This document shows, piece after piece, positions 13,870 through 25,759 of a stretch of DNA of 64,000 nucleotides. Source of the stretch: the human T2T-CHM13v2.0 reference genome, Homo sapiens; NCBI RefSeq assembly GCF_009914755.1, contig NC_060934.1; one strand, written 5' to 3'. Under the pieces are notes generated by a model that saw only the letters and a program-made list of their open reading frames with translations, did not search any database and was not told where the DNA came from. The translations under genes and the position numbers were made by a program. Within the stretch, counting starts at the first letter, position 1; the number at the start of each line of letters is the position of its first letter.

Positions 13870-14070
13870 TTGTAGTTTTCAAAGAATGTTCATGTATATT
13901 GTCTTATTATATGCCCACAACCTTGAAAGGTAAGCAGAATGAAAATTTCAAGGATGGTGAAGTTGGGAAAGAATAAAGAATTTTTCCAAAGTCACAAGGC
14001 TAAGTAAGTGGTAGAGCCTGGCTAGAACTCATAATCGTCTGATTCCTGGTACCAATTATTTGTACTATAT
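13870..14070 (+). mobile_element. MIR fragment
   Basis: ccaaagtcacaaggctaagtaagtggtagagcc core. Confidence 0.55.
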
Positions 14071-14119
14071 CATCTTGCCTTCTGTATTAACTTTGATACA
14101 TTCTCATGAATAAAATCTC

Positions 14120-15310
14120 ATGTATCCCTAAAACTCAACAGCAAAAACAAAACCAATTAAAAATGGGCATAGGACTTAAATAGACATTTCTCCAAAGGTA
14201 TACAAATGGCCAATAAGTACATAAAAATATGTTCAACCATCACTAATCATTCAGGAAATGCAAATCAAAATCACAATGAGATGTCACTTCACATCCATTA
14301 GAATGACTATTACAATAAACAAACAAAAACCCCAGAAGGTAAGTGTCGGCTGGTAAGAGTGGAGAGAAATTTGAATCCTTGTGTGCTGCTGGTAGGAATG
14401 TAAAATGGTGTATAAAACTGTATAGTAGTCCTTCAAAAAATTAAAATTAGAATTACCATATGATCCAGCAATTCCATTTCTGACTATATAACCAAAAGAA
14501 CTGAAAGCAGGAACATGAACAGGTATTTGTACACTCATTTATAGTAGCATTATTCATAATAGCTAAAAGGTAGAAGAAACCCAAGTGTCATAGGCAGATG
14601 AATGAATTAAAAAAAATGGAATATTATTTGGCCTTAAAAAGGAAGGAAATTCTGACATGTGCTACAACATAGGTGAACCTTGAAGACATTAATGTTAAGT
14701 GAAATAAGCTGCTCAGAAAAGGGCAAATACTGATGATTCCATTCATATGAGGTACTTAGAATAGTCAAATTCATAGAGTTAGAAGAATGGTGGTTGCCAG
14801 GGGATAACAGGAAGAGAGAATGGGGCCTTATTGTTTAATGAATAAAGAGTTTCAGTTTTACAAGATGAAGAAAGTTGGGCTGGGCGCAGTGGCTCACACC
14901 TGTAATCCCAGCACTTTGGGAGGCCGAGGCAGGTGGATCACGAGGTCAGGAGTTCGAGACCAGCCTGGCCAATATAGCGAAACCCCTTCTCTACTAAAAA
15001 TACAAAAATTAGCCAGGTGTGGTGGCGTGGTGAGGTTAGCCTCAGGAGGCTAAGGCAGAAGAACTGCTTGAACCCAGGAGGTGGAGGTTGCAGTGAGCCA
15101 AGATCATGCCACTCCACTCCAGCCTGGGCAACACAGTGAGACTCCATCTCAAAAAAAACAAAAAAAAAGATGAAGAAAGTTCTGGAGATAGATGATGGTA
15201 ATGGTTGCGCAACAATGTGAATCTCTTTAATGGCCCTGAATAGTACACTTAAAATGATTAAACTGGTAAATTTTATGTCATGTATATTTTACCACAATTA
15301 AAAATAAAAT
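14120..15310 (+). mobile_element. L1MB 3' end with AluSg insertion
   Basis: gacatttctccaaa...tgatccagcaattcc...ggtaaattttatgtcatgtatattttaccac. Confidence 0.9.
14878..15168 (+). mobile_element. AluSg-like
   Basis: gatcacgaggtcaggagttcgag; 15-bp TSD aagatgaagaaagtt (14862-14876, 15167-15181). Confidence 0.95.
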
Positions 15311-15470
15311 TTAAACTTCCCCCCAAAACAAAAACAAACAAACAAAAAACCAAAAACTTTATCTAGCCTTTAATACATGGGCTGGATTGCATTTTCAAAG
15401 TGATTTTTCAACACTACTTATATGAAATTTTTAACCTCTCACTTTTCTCTAATACCACTGGGGATTTTTA

Positions 15471-15662
15471 TTTTTATTTATTTTCTTTCTTTTTAAAATT
15501 TTATTTCTTCTAAGAAAACAACAGGATACATGTGCAGAATGTGCAGCTGTGTTACATAGGTATATGTGTGCCATGATGGTTTGCTGCACCTATTGACCCA
15601 TCCCATAAGTTCCCCGCCCCTCAACTCCCACCAACCAACAGGCCCTGGTGTGTGTTGTTCAC
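15471..15662 (-). mobile_element. Short L1PA8-like 3' end
   Basis: gctgcacctattgacccatcc; TSD tggggattttta (15459-15470, 15666-15677). Confidence 0.85.
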
Positions 15663-15699
15663 TAATGGGGATTTTTAAAGTTACTTGTTTCTTTTCTGG

Positions 15700-16040
15700 C
15701 TATTCTCATTCACTCATTCATTCATTCATTCACTCACTCATTCATTCATTTATTCAATCAGACAGTCAGGTGTTAGTCCATAAATACTATTGCCTACTAT
15801 GTTCCAAGCACTACGGAAACTGCAGTGAATGAGGCATATGCAGTCCCTGTGTTAATAGAGATTACATTCTATTGGGGAAGACAGAAAACAATAAACTCAA
15901 TAGAGAGAAGGAGGAGGAAGATAATAAATGTGATGAAGAAGAGGGGTAGGGAGAGGAGGAAGAAGAGGAAAAGATGAAGAAAGGAACAAAGCAAGATAAG
16001 GAACAGGACTTAACTGGAAGGAGGGGACTATTTTAGATGC
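15700..16040 (-). mobile_element. L2 3' end with (TTCA)n tail
   Basis: (ttca)n, then gcctactatgttccaagcact...cagtccctg. Confidence 0.7.
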
Positions 16041-17264
16041 CCTATATATCATGCCTTCCTCTACCTAATGGGCAAAGGACACCTATAATTCACAAATAAA
16101 AGGCTTCAATCTGCAAACAGTAAATTCAATAACAGAACACTGGGCCTCAGAGCTTATACTCTACTGGGAAGAGGGTGAAGAATTTACAAAAATTATGCTT
16201 GATAGCTACTAAGTCTAATTCTATAGAAAATGTGCCTGTGTAGACATAAGCAAGGCTTACTAACAAGACTCCCAACATTATGAAAATTTTAGCTTTGCTT
16301 TAACCAAGAAATTTAAAGAGTAAACAGCCATCTTGTTAGTAGGAAAAAGACTTTATGACTTAAAATATTATTTAACTTAGCATCCTTTGGTCAAAAACAA
16401 AGGCACCCATTTCAGCCCTAGAGAGTATGATTCTCCCCATAATCAATGGGAAAGGAAGGCCATGCATTTTCAATAATGGAGATGAAATTCAATTTGATTC
16501 ACAATAGTCCATGCAGATTTTTCCCCCAAGTTATTTTTACATGAAGGCATGCTTGAAAAATTTCAGCCCAGATTTAGGTTTAAGTTCCCAGACTTAGTAA
16601 GTAATTGCTGCAGTAATGAGTTCTATGTCTTAATTTAGTCTGCTCCAGATGTTAACATCTAGATTGTTTGTTTTTCATTCTCCACCCCTCTGCATTTCCT
16701 TATACAACAGCACATTTTTCTGAAATTTTAAATATGGGAGGGTGGTACAAGAGAGCAGGAAGAAATAGGGTGAGCAAGAAATCTAGGGTCTCATCTGCTA
16801 TGCCAATCAGACCAACTTTTTTGCTAGAGTAAGCTGAGGGAAGACCAGTTTTCACCTTCATAGAAGCCATATTGGCCTTCCTGTATTTGCAGGAGGGTGT
16901 AGTCCTGAAGAAGAATATGCATTCAGGGCTGATAGTGTGCTTCCTCCAAGGCAAGGTACTATGTTGGTGGCCCTCTTTAAGTGGGAAATAAAAACTCTGT
17001 GGCAGAGTTGGCTATGCTGTACTACGAATCAACTAACTCCCTTCCCCCCAATATTTATTGAAACAAGGGAATGAACCCCATCCTATAAACTAGCACAACT
17101 GAGTAACAGGAAAAACTTGGCTTATACATCCAAGCTAATAAAGTAATACACTGATAGTGTATATTAATAAGAACCTGCATTTTAGACCCAGCTGGTGAGC
17201 AGCTGCATAGCAGCTGGAAATTTGGGATTGTTCTCCAACAGATAAGAGAGACCTTGCTCAAGGG

Positions 17265-17452
17265 CAGTGGTTCTCAAATTTTAGTGTGCATGGAATCAGC
17301 TAGAGTACCTGCTAAAAATGCAAATTCCACAGCCACAGGTCTAATAATTGTGAGCCAGGAGATCTGGGTAGACCCTAGAAGTCTACTTTTTAATAAGCAG
17401 CCTCAGGTGATTCTGATGCAGGTGATAGAAAACCACATTTTGAGAAGTACTG
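17265..17452. mobile_element. MER5A (hAT-Charlie MITE)
   Basis: cagtggttctcaaa...tttgagaagtactg terminal inverted repeats. Confidence 0.85.
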
Positions 17453-17544
17453 CTCCTCAGAGCTACTAAGATCATCATTCAAGATCTTTATAGCTAAATA
17501 AATAAATAAATAGACTTTCAACCGATCTTTCTGCTTAGTTTTTG

Positions 17545-18290
17545 ACAGGCGAGTCCAATCCACAGCTGGTAAAGAGGTTGGATAATGACCGCTGATAGGT
17601 TTGATCCCTTGGGATAGAATACTTAAAGTGGTTTGGGGACCTCTGTTTCTCCCCCATCAATAAAGTGGTTGGAAGGCAGCCACAGTCTGGGCTAGAAATC
17701 CAGCTGGCACAATACTTGGAAGACAATCCTCAGTGAGGTCTGGGTTCAATATCTAACTGCTAAAGAGGTTGGCTGTCCGCCTTGTGGTGTTCAGTCAATC
17801 TCCAATTGATATAATGCTTTGATAACATATGAGCAGCATGGGTTAAATCCAGAAACTGTAAAGGACTTAGATAAAAGTCCTAAGACCTAAAGTTTGGTCT
17901 CCAAATGTCACGAAGCTTGGAATATATTTGGGAATGAGTTTAATCCTCAAATGGTAAGAGTTTTGGATGTCAGGAATGAGGTCTGGGTTCAATCTCTTGT
18001 CATTAAAATGCTTGGAAGACGCTTGGGGTCTGGTTTCAATCGTCAAATAGTAAAGAGTTCAAATGACAACAATGGTTTCTAGGTTCAAGTGAAAGCTGAC
18101 AAACAGCTTGAAATAAACTGCAAGATCTGGGTTCAATCTTGAAATGTTAAGGGTTTAGATAATTGTCATGAGAAATGAGTTCAGTTTGGAGGATTCTAAA
18201 AGTCTAGGTGAGGTAGCTAAGAATCTGCACCAGATTAGAGACAACTTGTGGTCAGGATCCACGTGGGAAAGGATTTAGATAACGACCACT
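17545..18290 (+). repeat. Degenerate ~49-bp tandem array (~15 units), tRNA-core-like consensus
   Basis: Recurrent (gaggtc)tgggttcaatc and aaagnnnttggat blocks; anchors spaced 46,46,46,53,49,49,50,46,49,47,49,48,48,49. Confidence 0.8.
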
Positions 18291-19109
18291 CTTTTCAGAT
18301 TAGGAGACAGAGAAGGTGACCAGATACCACTGATCCAGTGCAATGTATTTAGATAATAAAAAAAGGAGCTTGAATTCCAGCCATGGGGGTAAGAAATGTG
18401 TATATTAGGTGGTAAGAAAATGTGTATACTAGGTCATGAGCTAATTTTGCAAGAGAATATTATGTGACTTCTCCATATCCACAATTATGAAGAGGGATAC
18501 AGGCAGCAAGCCTGGGAATGTGATTCCTGAAATAATGGAGCTCTTTTGCCAGGAGTTTTGCTGACAGAACGGCTGTTTTATATGGCTAAGCGAGCAGATG
18601 TCTGAAAAGCACTGAAATCTATGATGTGTGTTCCTAAGTGGGATGACAGCTGGCACCACTGCATAAAATCTTGTTCTTACTTTTACAGTTTCACTAATAC
18701 TCTTCTTTCTGATTATTCTGATTTATCAACAAACAGCATTTTCTGGAACCTTTTAAAAGCATTCTCAAATAGTTAAGAATTAGACAGTTCTCCAAACACC
18801 TAACAATCCACAAGAATTTTAGAGACACAAAAATGGAATTGGATTCCTTGGGGAAGAAGCAAAAACCCAGCCATGACTACCAACTACTTTTCTTCCTGAA
18901 TATCTTATTCTTTGACCTGACAATCCAAGGTGAATTCAAAAAAGATGGCCTCACTAAAGGATTGGTTTAGAGCATAGATATATGTGCCAAAGTCTTCTGT
19001 GCTTCTTGAATCTGAGCATGTTCTGAGGAATACCTTTTAAGGAATAACCATGCTTCAGACTTCTGGACTATATTAGGGATTTGTTTTAAAACATTACTAT
19101 CAAAATGAT

Positions 19110-19285
19110 ATTGTTATTAATAGGTAACATTCATTGAGCACTTATGTCAGATACTGTACCAAACATTTTACATGTACTACACTAGTTCATTTAATACTTA
19201 ACATAATCCTATAAAGTATGTCTTGTTATTATCTTTATTTTACCAATGGGGAAACTGAGACACAGATGTTATGCAAGTTACTTAA
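19110..19285 (+). mobile_element. MIR
   Basis: cattgagcactta...ttttaccaatggggaaactgagacacaga. Confidence 0.7.
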
Positions 19286-19287
19286 TG

Positions 19288-19595
19288 TTGTAGAGACACT
19301 GCTATGTTCGTCACATCACCTTTTTCTAGGCACAGAGACTACATTTCCCAACATCCATTGCACAAGTTGTAATCATGTGATTAAATTCATCCAAGGGGAA
19401 GCATGTTTAGAAGTGATAGAAACCACTTTTGAGCCTAGACCTTTAAAACATCTGGTACAATCCTCAGGTTTTTTGTAACCCTGCCAAAAATGAGCTTAGA
19501 GACCAGTGTTTCAGATGATATAACAAAATGAAGGAGGTATGCCTAACATGCCTCAATCAGACTTTAAGCAAGAAATAAATCTCAGTTGCGTTAAG
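19288..19595 (+). mobile_element. MLT1 (I/J-like) LTR, 3'-truncated
   Basis: actacatttccca...catgtgattaaattc...agaaataaatct. Confidence 0.6.
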
Positions 19596-19785
19596 GTATT
19601 TTACCAAATACCCTTAAAATTTTAAAGGTACCAAATACCTTTAAAATGCTACTGATTGCATATGCACTGTCATTTTACATATCACTAAGAAAGAAAAAAA
19701 AGTTGCCAAATAAACAGTAACACCCAACTGATTGTAAAACACACCTTTATTTCAGAGATGCCAAATTGTGAAGAAATGACAAGAC
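19596..19785. mobile_element. MER104-like (Tc2) fragment
   Basis: cactaagaaagaaaaa...gattgtaa...tttcagagatg. Confidence 0.6.
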
Positions 19786-19799
19786 TTATAGCTTCCTTA

Positions 19800-21230
19800 C
19801 TATAAGGACTCAGAAGACAATTTCAGGAAGTTCTGACTTGTTAAAGATGGGACAAAATAAGCTTCAAAATGATAACTGCAATTGATTGAGACCCATGAAA
19901 TATACTAATTCCATTAATCCATTAGTGATACTTTAAAAACTAATTGGTGACATCTGCAAGATGATAGAGAACCAATTCATTATCTTGAAAATATGGTAAA
20001 TAAGGAAAAAGAATCAAAGATTTATTCTAGTTTTCCTGTACTAACTGCACCACTGAGTAGCCAGTAAATGAGGGGAAGCAGGTTTGCATAAAAGTATTAT
20101 GACCATTTAAAAGAACTGATAGAATATCACCATTTTGCAACATCCAATGAATTAATGCATTTGTACACTCAGCATCAATAGCTGCTAACACCATAAAAAA
20201 AAGAGGAGCAAGTAGAAATAATGTCCCTCATGGTGAAAAATCTCAAAATCACATGTAGAGTTACCCAGAGGTTCTCAAAGTGTAGTCTAAGAATCCTGGA
20301 TCCCTTTAGGAGATCTGTGAGGTCCTTACATTTCCAGCTACATATCTGTATGAGGGCAGGTTTTCTTCATATACTTCAAATAAAAGAACACAATGCAACA
20401 GATTGAATGTAAAAGCAGATATGATAATCCAGCTGTCTTCTATTAGGCCAGGCTTTAAAAAGATTTGCAAAAATGTAAAACAATGTCATTCTTCTCACCA
20501 GGCTTTTTTTTTTGTTTTGCAAAATATAGTTACTTATGATTTCAAAAATTTATATTAGCATGTAATTAGTTTATATTGTTATTTTAAAATGAATTACTAC
20601 ATAAATATTTTTAAATTTCTCTATCTTAATTTCTAATATGGCAAATATTGGTAAGCATGACCCACATAAACAAATGCTTTTGGCGGGGGAAGGGGGTGGT
20701 CTTGAAGAAATAAAAGAGGATTATTTCTCAAACTAAAATGTTTGAGAATTGTTGGTCTTGCCAAAGAGATGGAACCTGACTGTGTCCCTGAAGCTGGTTG
20801 CCAATTTTCAGGAAATACAGAGGACAGATGAACATGTTGATCTGCAACATATTAGTAAGTACCTAATCAGCAAAATTCAGACTGTAAAACACTTTACAGG
20901 TCAAATGCCCTGAATTCTTCCACAAGCAAACTGTAAGAAACAGAAAAGGATAGAAAAATAGCTTATATTTGAAGACACTTCAAAAACATGAAATTTATAC
21001 ACACACAAAAATGAACAAGACAAAACTACAGTATCTAGGAATGCACCCTTGGTTAATAAAAAATATTTAAAGATACAAGAAAGTGATTGCTATCATGGTT
21101 ACTTTGGAGGTAGGGAGAGGGTTAATTGGGGCAATGCACAGAGGGGACTCAAGGTGATTTAAAAAATTCTCTTGACCTAAGTGCTGGTTATAAAGGTATT
21201 TACCTTATAATAACTTATCAAGCCATAAAG
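19800..21230 (+). mobile_element. L1MC 3' region split by a Charlie element
   Basis: agagaaccaattcattatcttgaaaat...aatcagcaaaattcagactgt. Confidence 0.65.
20266..20754 (+). mobile_element. Charlie4a-like hAT element
   Basis: cagaggttctcaaag...gattgaatgtaaaagcagatatgataatccagctgtc...tttgagaa. Confidence 0.75.
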
Positions 21231-21473
21231 AGTTCTTAGTACTCAATAAAATATGGCAAGTTATGGAGTCACTTAATCCTGCCAAGTACAGGAATGAGTC
21301 CAAAGCCTGTATGCTTAACCATTATACAATATTATTGGATGTGTTACAGCTTGAAGAGACCATTCTTCAGTCACATATTTTAAAAAGATGATACTAGCTA
21401 TATGCCTCTCAAGTTCTTGTGTCTGTAACTCTCTAATTGTGGGTCATGGGTCCTCACACCTTTTCTTTGGAAT

Positions 21474-21912
21474 TGTCAAATAAAATTTATGGGAGGCCAT
21501 TGTTTTGGACTGAGCTCCTGCACTAGACCCCCAACAAATCAAACCAAACCAGAATGGAGTCACTCATGCTAGGTGCCATGTAATCAAACTGAACTCGAAG
21601 ACAGGACAGTATTTCTAAAAACAGGAGATTTACAGCAATCGATCAAAAGGGGCCTAGTCAACATGAGCCAGCATGATAAGAAACTCCTCTCTGCTTCAAT
21701 CCATACAAGGAAAGTAATTTTGAAATCAGCAATATGCTTTTTGTTTCTGATTTCTACTTTATTCAGCCTTTCCTACAAATAAAGCTCACTCCCTCTGCTT
21801 AGCTCTGCAGAACATCTTTCTATTTCATAGATGAGGTGTTGTCTCATTCGTGAATTGCTGATAAAAGCCAATTAGACCTTTAAAACTCAATTCGTTGAAA
21901 TTTTGCTCTTAG
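21474..21912 (+). mobile_element. ERV1 solo LTR (MER57/MER93-like)
   Basis: tgt..aaaatttatgggaggccattgttttggactgagctcctgcactag...ataaaagccaattaga. Confidence 0.75.
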
Positions 21913-22159
21913 AGTCTAAAACCACCTTTGAAAATAAAGTGTTTCACATGGTTATTTAGTAACCTGAGTTATAAAGTAATTTCCTGCCTCCTTCAGACCC
22001 TTCAAATACCCCATGCAAATCTCTAGCACAGAACCCAGAATGCTTTATTGTCTTTATCCATTTACATATCTGCCTCCTTGAAGGAGATTGACAAAAAGTA
22101 GGTTCTCAGGAAAGCAATTACATCATGAATCTAACAAGCTTTAAAGTAACTTCTGATAA

Positions 22160-22827
<668 letters not shown>

Positions 22828-23222
22828 GTATAAGAGAGAATAATCATTAATACTCATAGTTTGAAACAGCAACATCAAGAAATGTATGCATTATTTTTAG
22901 TTAGTGGTGACCCAAAAGATTTTGTGTGGAGAGACTTAGAGGCAGTAAACTAATTAGAATGGGAGCTTAAACAGCATTTATAGTGTACTTTATATAAGGT
23001 AGAAAAATGACAGTTGTCTATTTCAAAGAATGGGGCAGGCATCAGAAAAATATGGAAGGTGCTAAAGTTGCCATCTAATTTCACCCCTTGGAACTATTAC
23101 TGTTTTCTATTTTCTATGTATAGGAAACAAAGATCAAATTTAGAACAAATACCAAAATCAGGATTGTGGTTACCTCAGGAGAGAGAAGAAATGGGATCTA
23201 AGAGGAATACAAAGAAACCTCC

Positions 23223-23517
23223 GGCCGGGCGTGGTGGCTCACGCCTGTAATCCCAGCACTTTGGGAGGCCGAGGCGGGCGGATCACGAGGTCAGCAGATC
23301 GAGACCATTCTGCCTAACACGGTGAAACTCCGTCTCTACTAAAAATAAAAAAAATTAGCCGGGCGTGGTGGCGGGCGCCTGCAGTCCCAGCTGCTGGGGA
23401 GGCTGAGGCAGCAGAATGGCGTGAACCCAAGAGGCGGAGCTTACAGTGAGCCGAGATCGTGCCACTGCACTCCAGCCTGGGCGACAGAGCGAGACTCCAT
23501 CTCAAAAAAAAAAAAAA
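23223..23517 (+). mobile_element. AluY
   Basis: CpG-rich; ctaacacggtg, gaatggcgtgaaccc, ggagctt; TSD aaagaaacctcc. Confidence 0.96.
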
Positions 23518-23809
23518 GAAACCTCCAAGTATATCTGTGCGGTTTTGCTTAAAAATTTTTGAAACAAACTTGATAAAATACTAATGTAAGAGAAACCAGA
23601 GTAATAGATACATGAATATTCATTATACTATTTTCTACATTATTCTGCATGCTTGAAATATTTAGAAAAGTATATGACATATTTCAGACAAATTTCTATC
23701 AAATGCATTTGAAACTGCCCCTAACATAGCAAGTTGGGAGTATTTCCTCTCTCTAATCTCCTATAGTGGTTTGTTTCTCTCACCTATGGCTCAAATCCTC
23801 TTGTGACTT

Positions 23810-24030
23810 GTGAATCAGGCAGACCTGTGTTTAAATCCCAACTCCACAGCTTACTGGTTGTATAACCATAGACAAATTAATTTATCTCTTTGAACCTCAG
23901 TCACCTAATCTGTAAGATGTAGATAATAGTATGTATCTCACCTGCTTATTGTAAAGATTGACTATATTAAATATAATAATAATGTACAGAGAGCCTGGCA
24001 CATAGCTGAATGCATTATATTATTTCTATC
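23810..24030 (-). mobile_element. MIR
   Basis: tcaggcagacctgtgtttaaatccc...cctcag...tctgtaagatg. Confidence 0.7.
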
Positions 24031-24090
24031 TGTGATATAATTATCTTTTCACATTTTAATCTCTTTCAGAGAATAATCCAGGCCTGATTC

Positions 24091-24362
24091 ATTTTTTTTT
24101 TTTTTAGATGGGGTCTCATCATATTGCCCAAGCTGGTCTCAAACTACTGGGCTCAATTGATCCCCCTGCATCAGTCCCCCGAGTAGCTGTGATTACAGGC
24201 ATGCACCACCATGCCTGGCTAATTTTTTAACTTTTTTTTTTTTTTAGAGATGGGGTCTCACTATGCTGCCCAGGGTGGTCCTGAACTCCTGGCTTCAAGC
24301 AATCCTCCCACTTTGGCCTCCCAGTATGCTGGGATTACAGGCGTAAGCCACTACACCTGGCC
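24091..24362 (-). mobile_element. Old Alu dimer of two left-arm-like monomers
   Basis: Both arms read gctggtctcaaact/ggtggtcctgaact; TSD (gg)cctgattcatttt. Confidence 0.85.
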
Positions 24363-24542
24363 TGATTCATTTTTATATTCCTCACATCACTAGCACAGTG
24401 CTAGGTGTTCAAATGATTACAAAGGAATGTGGGAAGTTGTCCATTTCCCCATCTTATCCATGCTACTGGCCTCCTGTGCTCTCAGCTGACCTCTAGGAGG
24501 CAGTTCTCCTGACAATGCACATATAGGCTCATCTGTAGATCC
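24360..24542 (+). repeat. Local duplication pair 1, copy A
   Basis: Aligns with 25235-25415. Confidence 0.9.
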
Positions 24543-25234
24543 TGTGAACAGTCTTCACAGGGTTATGGGAGGTTAGAAAGTTATGATCTAGTACAAATTT
24601 AAAATTCATAAACCATCTAGAGAAGTTAATATAAAACTGTAATAGATCAGTTCTAGAAATAGGCCAGCAAAGAGTATGTGATTCACATTTTACTACAGTA
24701 TGTCTTTACTAATGTAGGTAATGAGCCATATAAAGAAAATTTACTTCATTCATCTAGACATAATTAAAATACGGAAACTTTATAAATTAAAGTCCAAATC
24801 TACAGCCATGCAACACTAAAGCTGAAAATTTAAATGCATAAGTTAGGAGAGATCATTTTTTCATATTATTAATGACCGGTAACCAAACCTACATAGCATT
24901 GCTGTTGCATATGATATTGGCTATGAGGCTCTGAACTCCTATCAGATTCAAACCCTTACCGAAGCCTCCCCAATACTCTGTTTTTGAAATGTAAGATGGA
25001 GATTAGGCAAAGAAATATATTGTAGAAAGGTGAATAATACTTTTGTAATCATGAATTAAATTCATCATTCATTCACTAAGTACAAGAGAACATCAACAAT
25101 GTTTAAGACAACATATTAAATTAAAGAAAGGGGATACAAAGATAACCAGTCCTCCAAATCCTCACAATTTAGTAGGAGAAATAGGAGATACACATAAATA
25201 GTTAGAATAAAAGGTACACAGGTCAAGTGACCAA

Positions 25235-25415
25235 GCCTGATTCATTTTTATATTCCTCACAGGAACACAGTGCTAGGTGTTCAAATGATTATAAAGGAAT
25301 GTGGGAAGATGTTTTTTCCCTATGTTATCCGTGCTATTGACCTCCTGAGTTCTCAGATGACCTCTATAAGGCAGAGCTCTCCTGACAATGCACATATGGG
25401 CACATCTGTGGATCC
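25235..25415 (+). repeat. Local duplication pair 1, copy B, inserted in an L2 fragment
   Basis: Aligns with 24360-24542; L2-like sequence on both sides. Confidence 0.9.
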
Positions 25416-25759
25416 CATAAATGGTAAAGCGTAGGGAAAGTGCTACCAGGATTCACAAAAAGAAAGGCTTAGATTCAAATGGAGGAGAGAGTGATGATGA
25501 TAAACAAAAATTTCCAAGAGTGGCATTTAAGATAATCTTTGAGAAGCATAAATGGGAGAAACATTACATGTAACAATATTTTACAAAACATTTATAAATA
25601 TACATTCTTATTTAAACCTTATGACAATCATTTAGTTGGATTTTTCTTTTTTGCAAATATGGACATTAGGACTTAGAGAAATTCAGTGACTTGTCCAAGG
25701 CCTTATAGTTGGTGATTTTGAACTCAAGTTGTCTTGTTTTATGTCCATTGTTCATTTCA

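Noticed and set aside
17545-18290. Array read as a 16-aa repeat protein (EVWVQS..VK.LDN; ORF 17894-18082)
   Set aside because: The modal unit is 49 bp, not a multiple of 3; the frame drifts and stops are frequent.
17545-18290. Array read as CRISPR-like
   Set aside because: The context is primate, the units are degenerate along their whole length with no identical repeats and unique spacers, and there are no cas genes.
17545-18290. Functional tRNA genes
   Set aside because: There are no acceptor stems or intact cloverleafs; only degenerate cores resemble tRNA.
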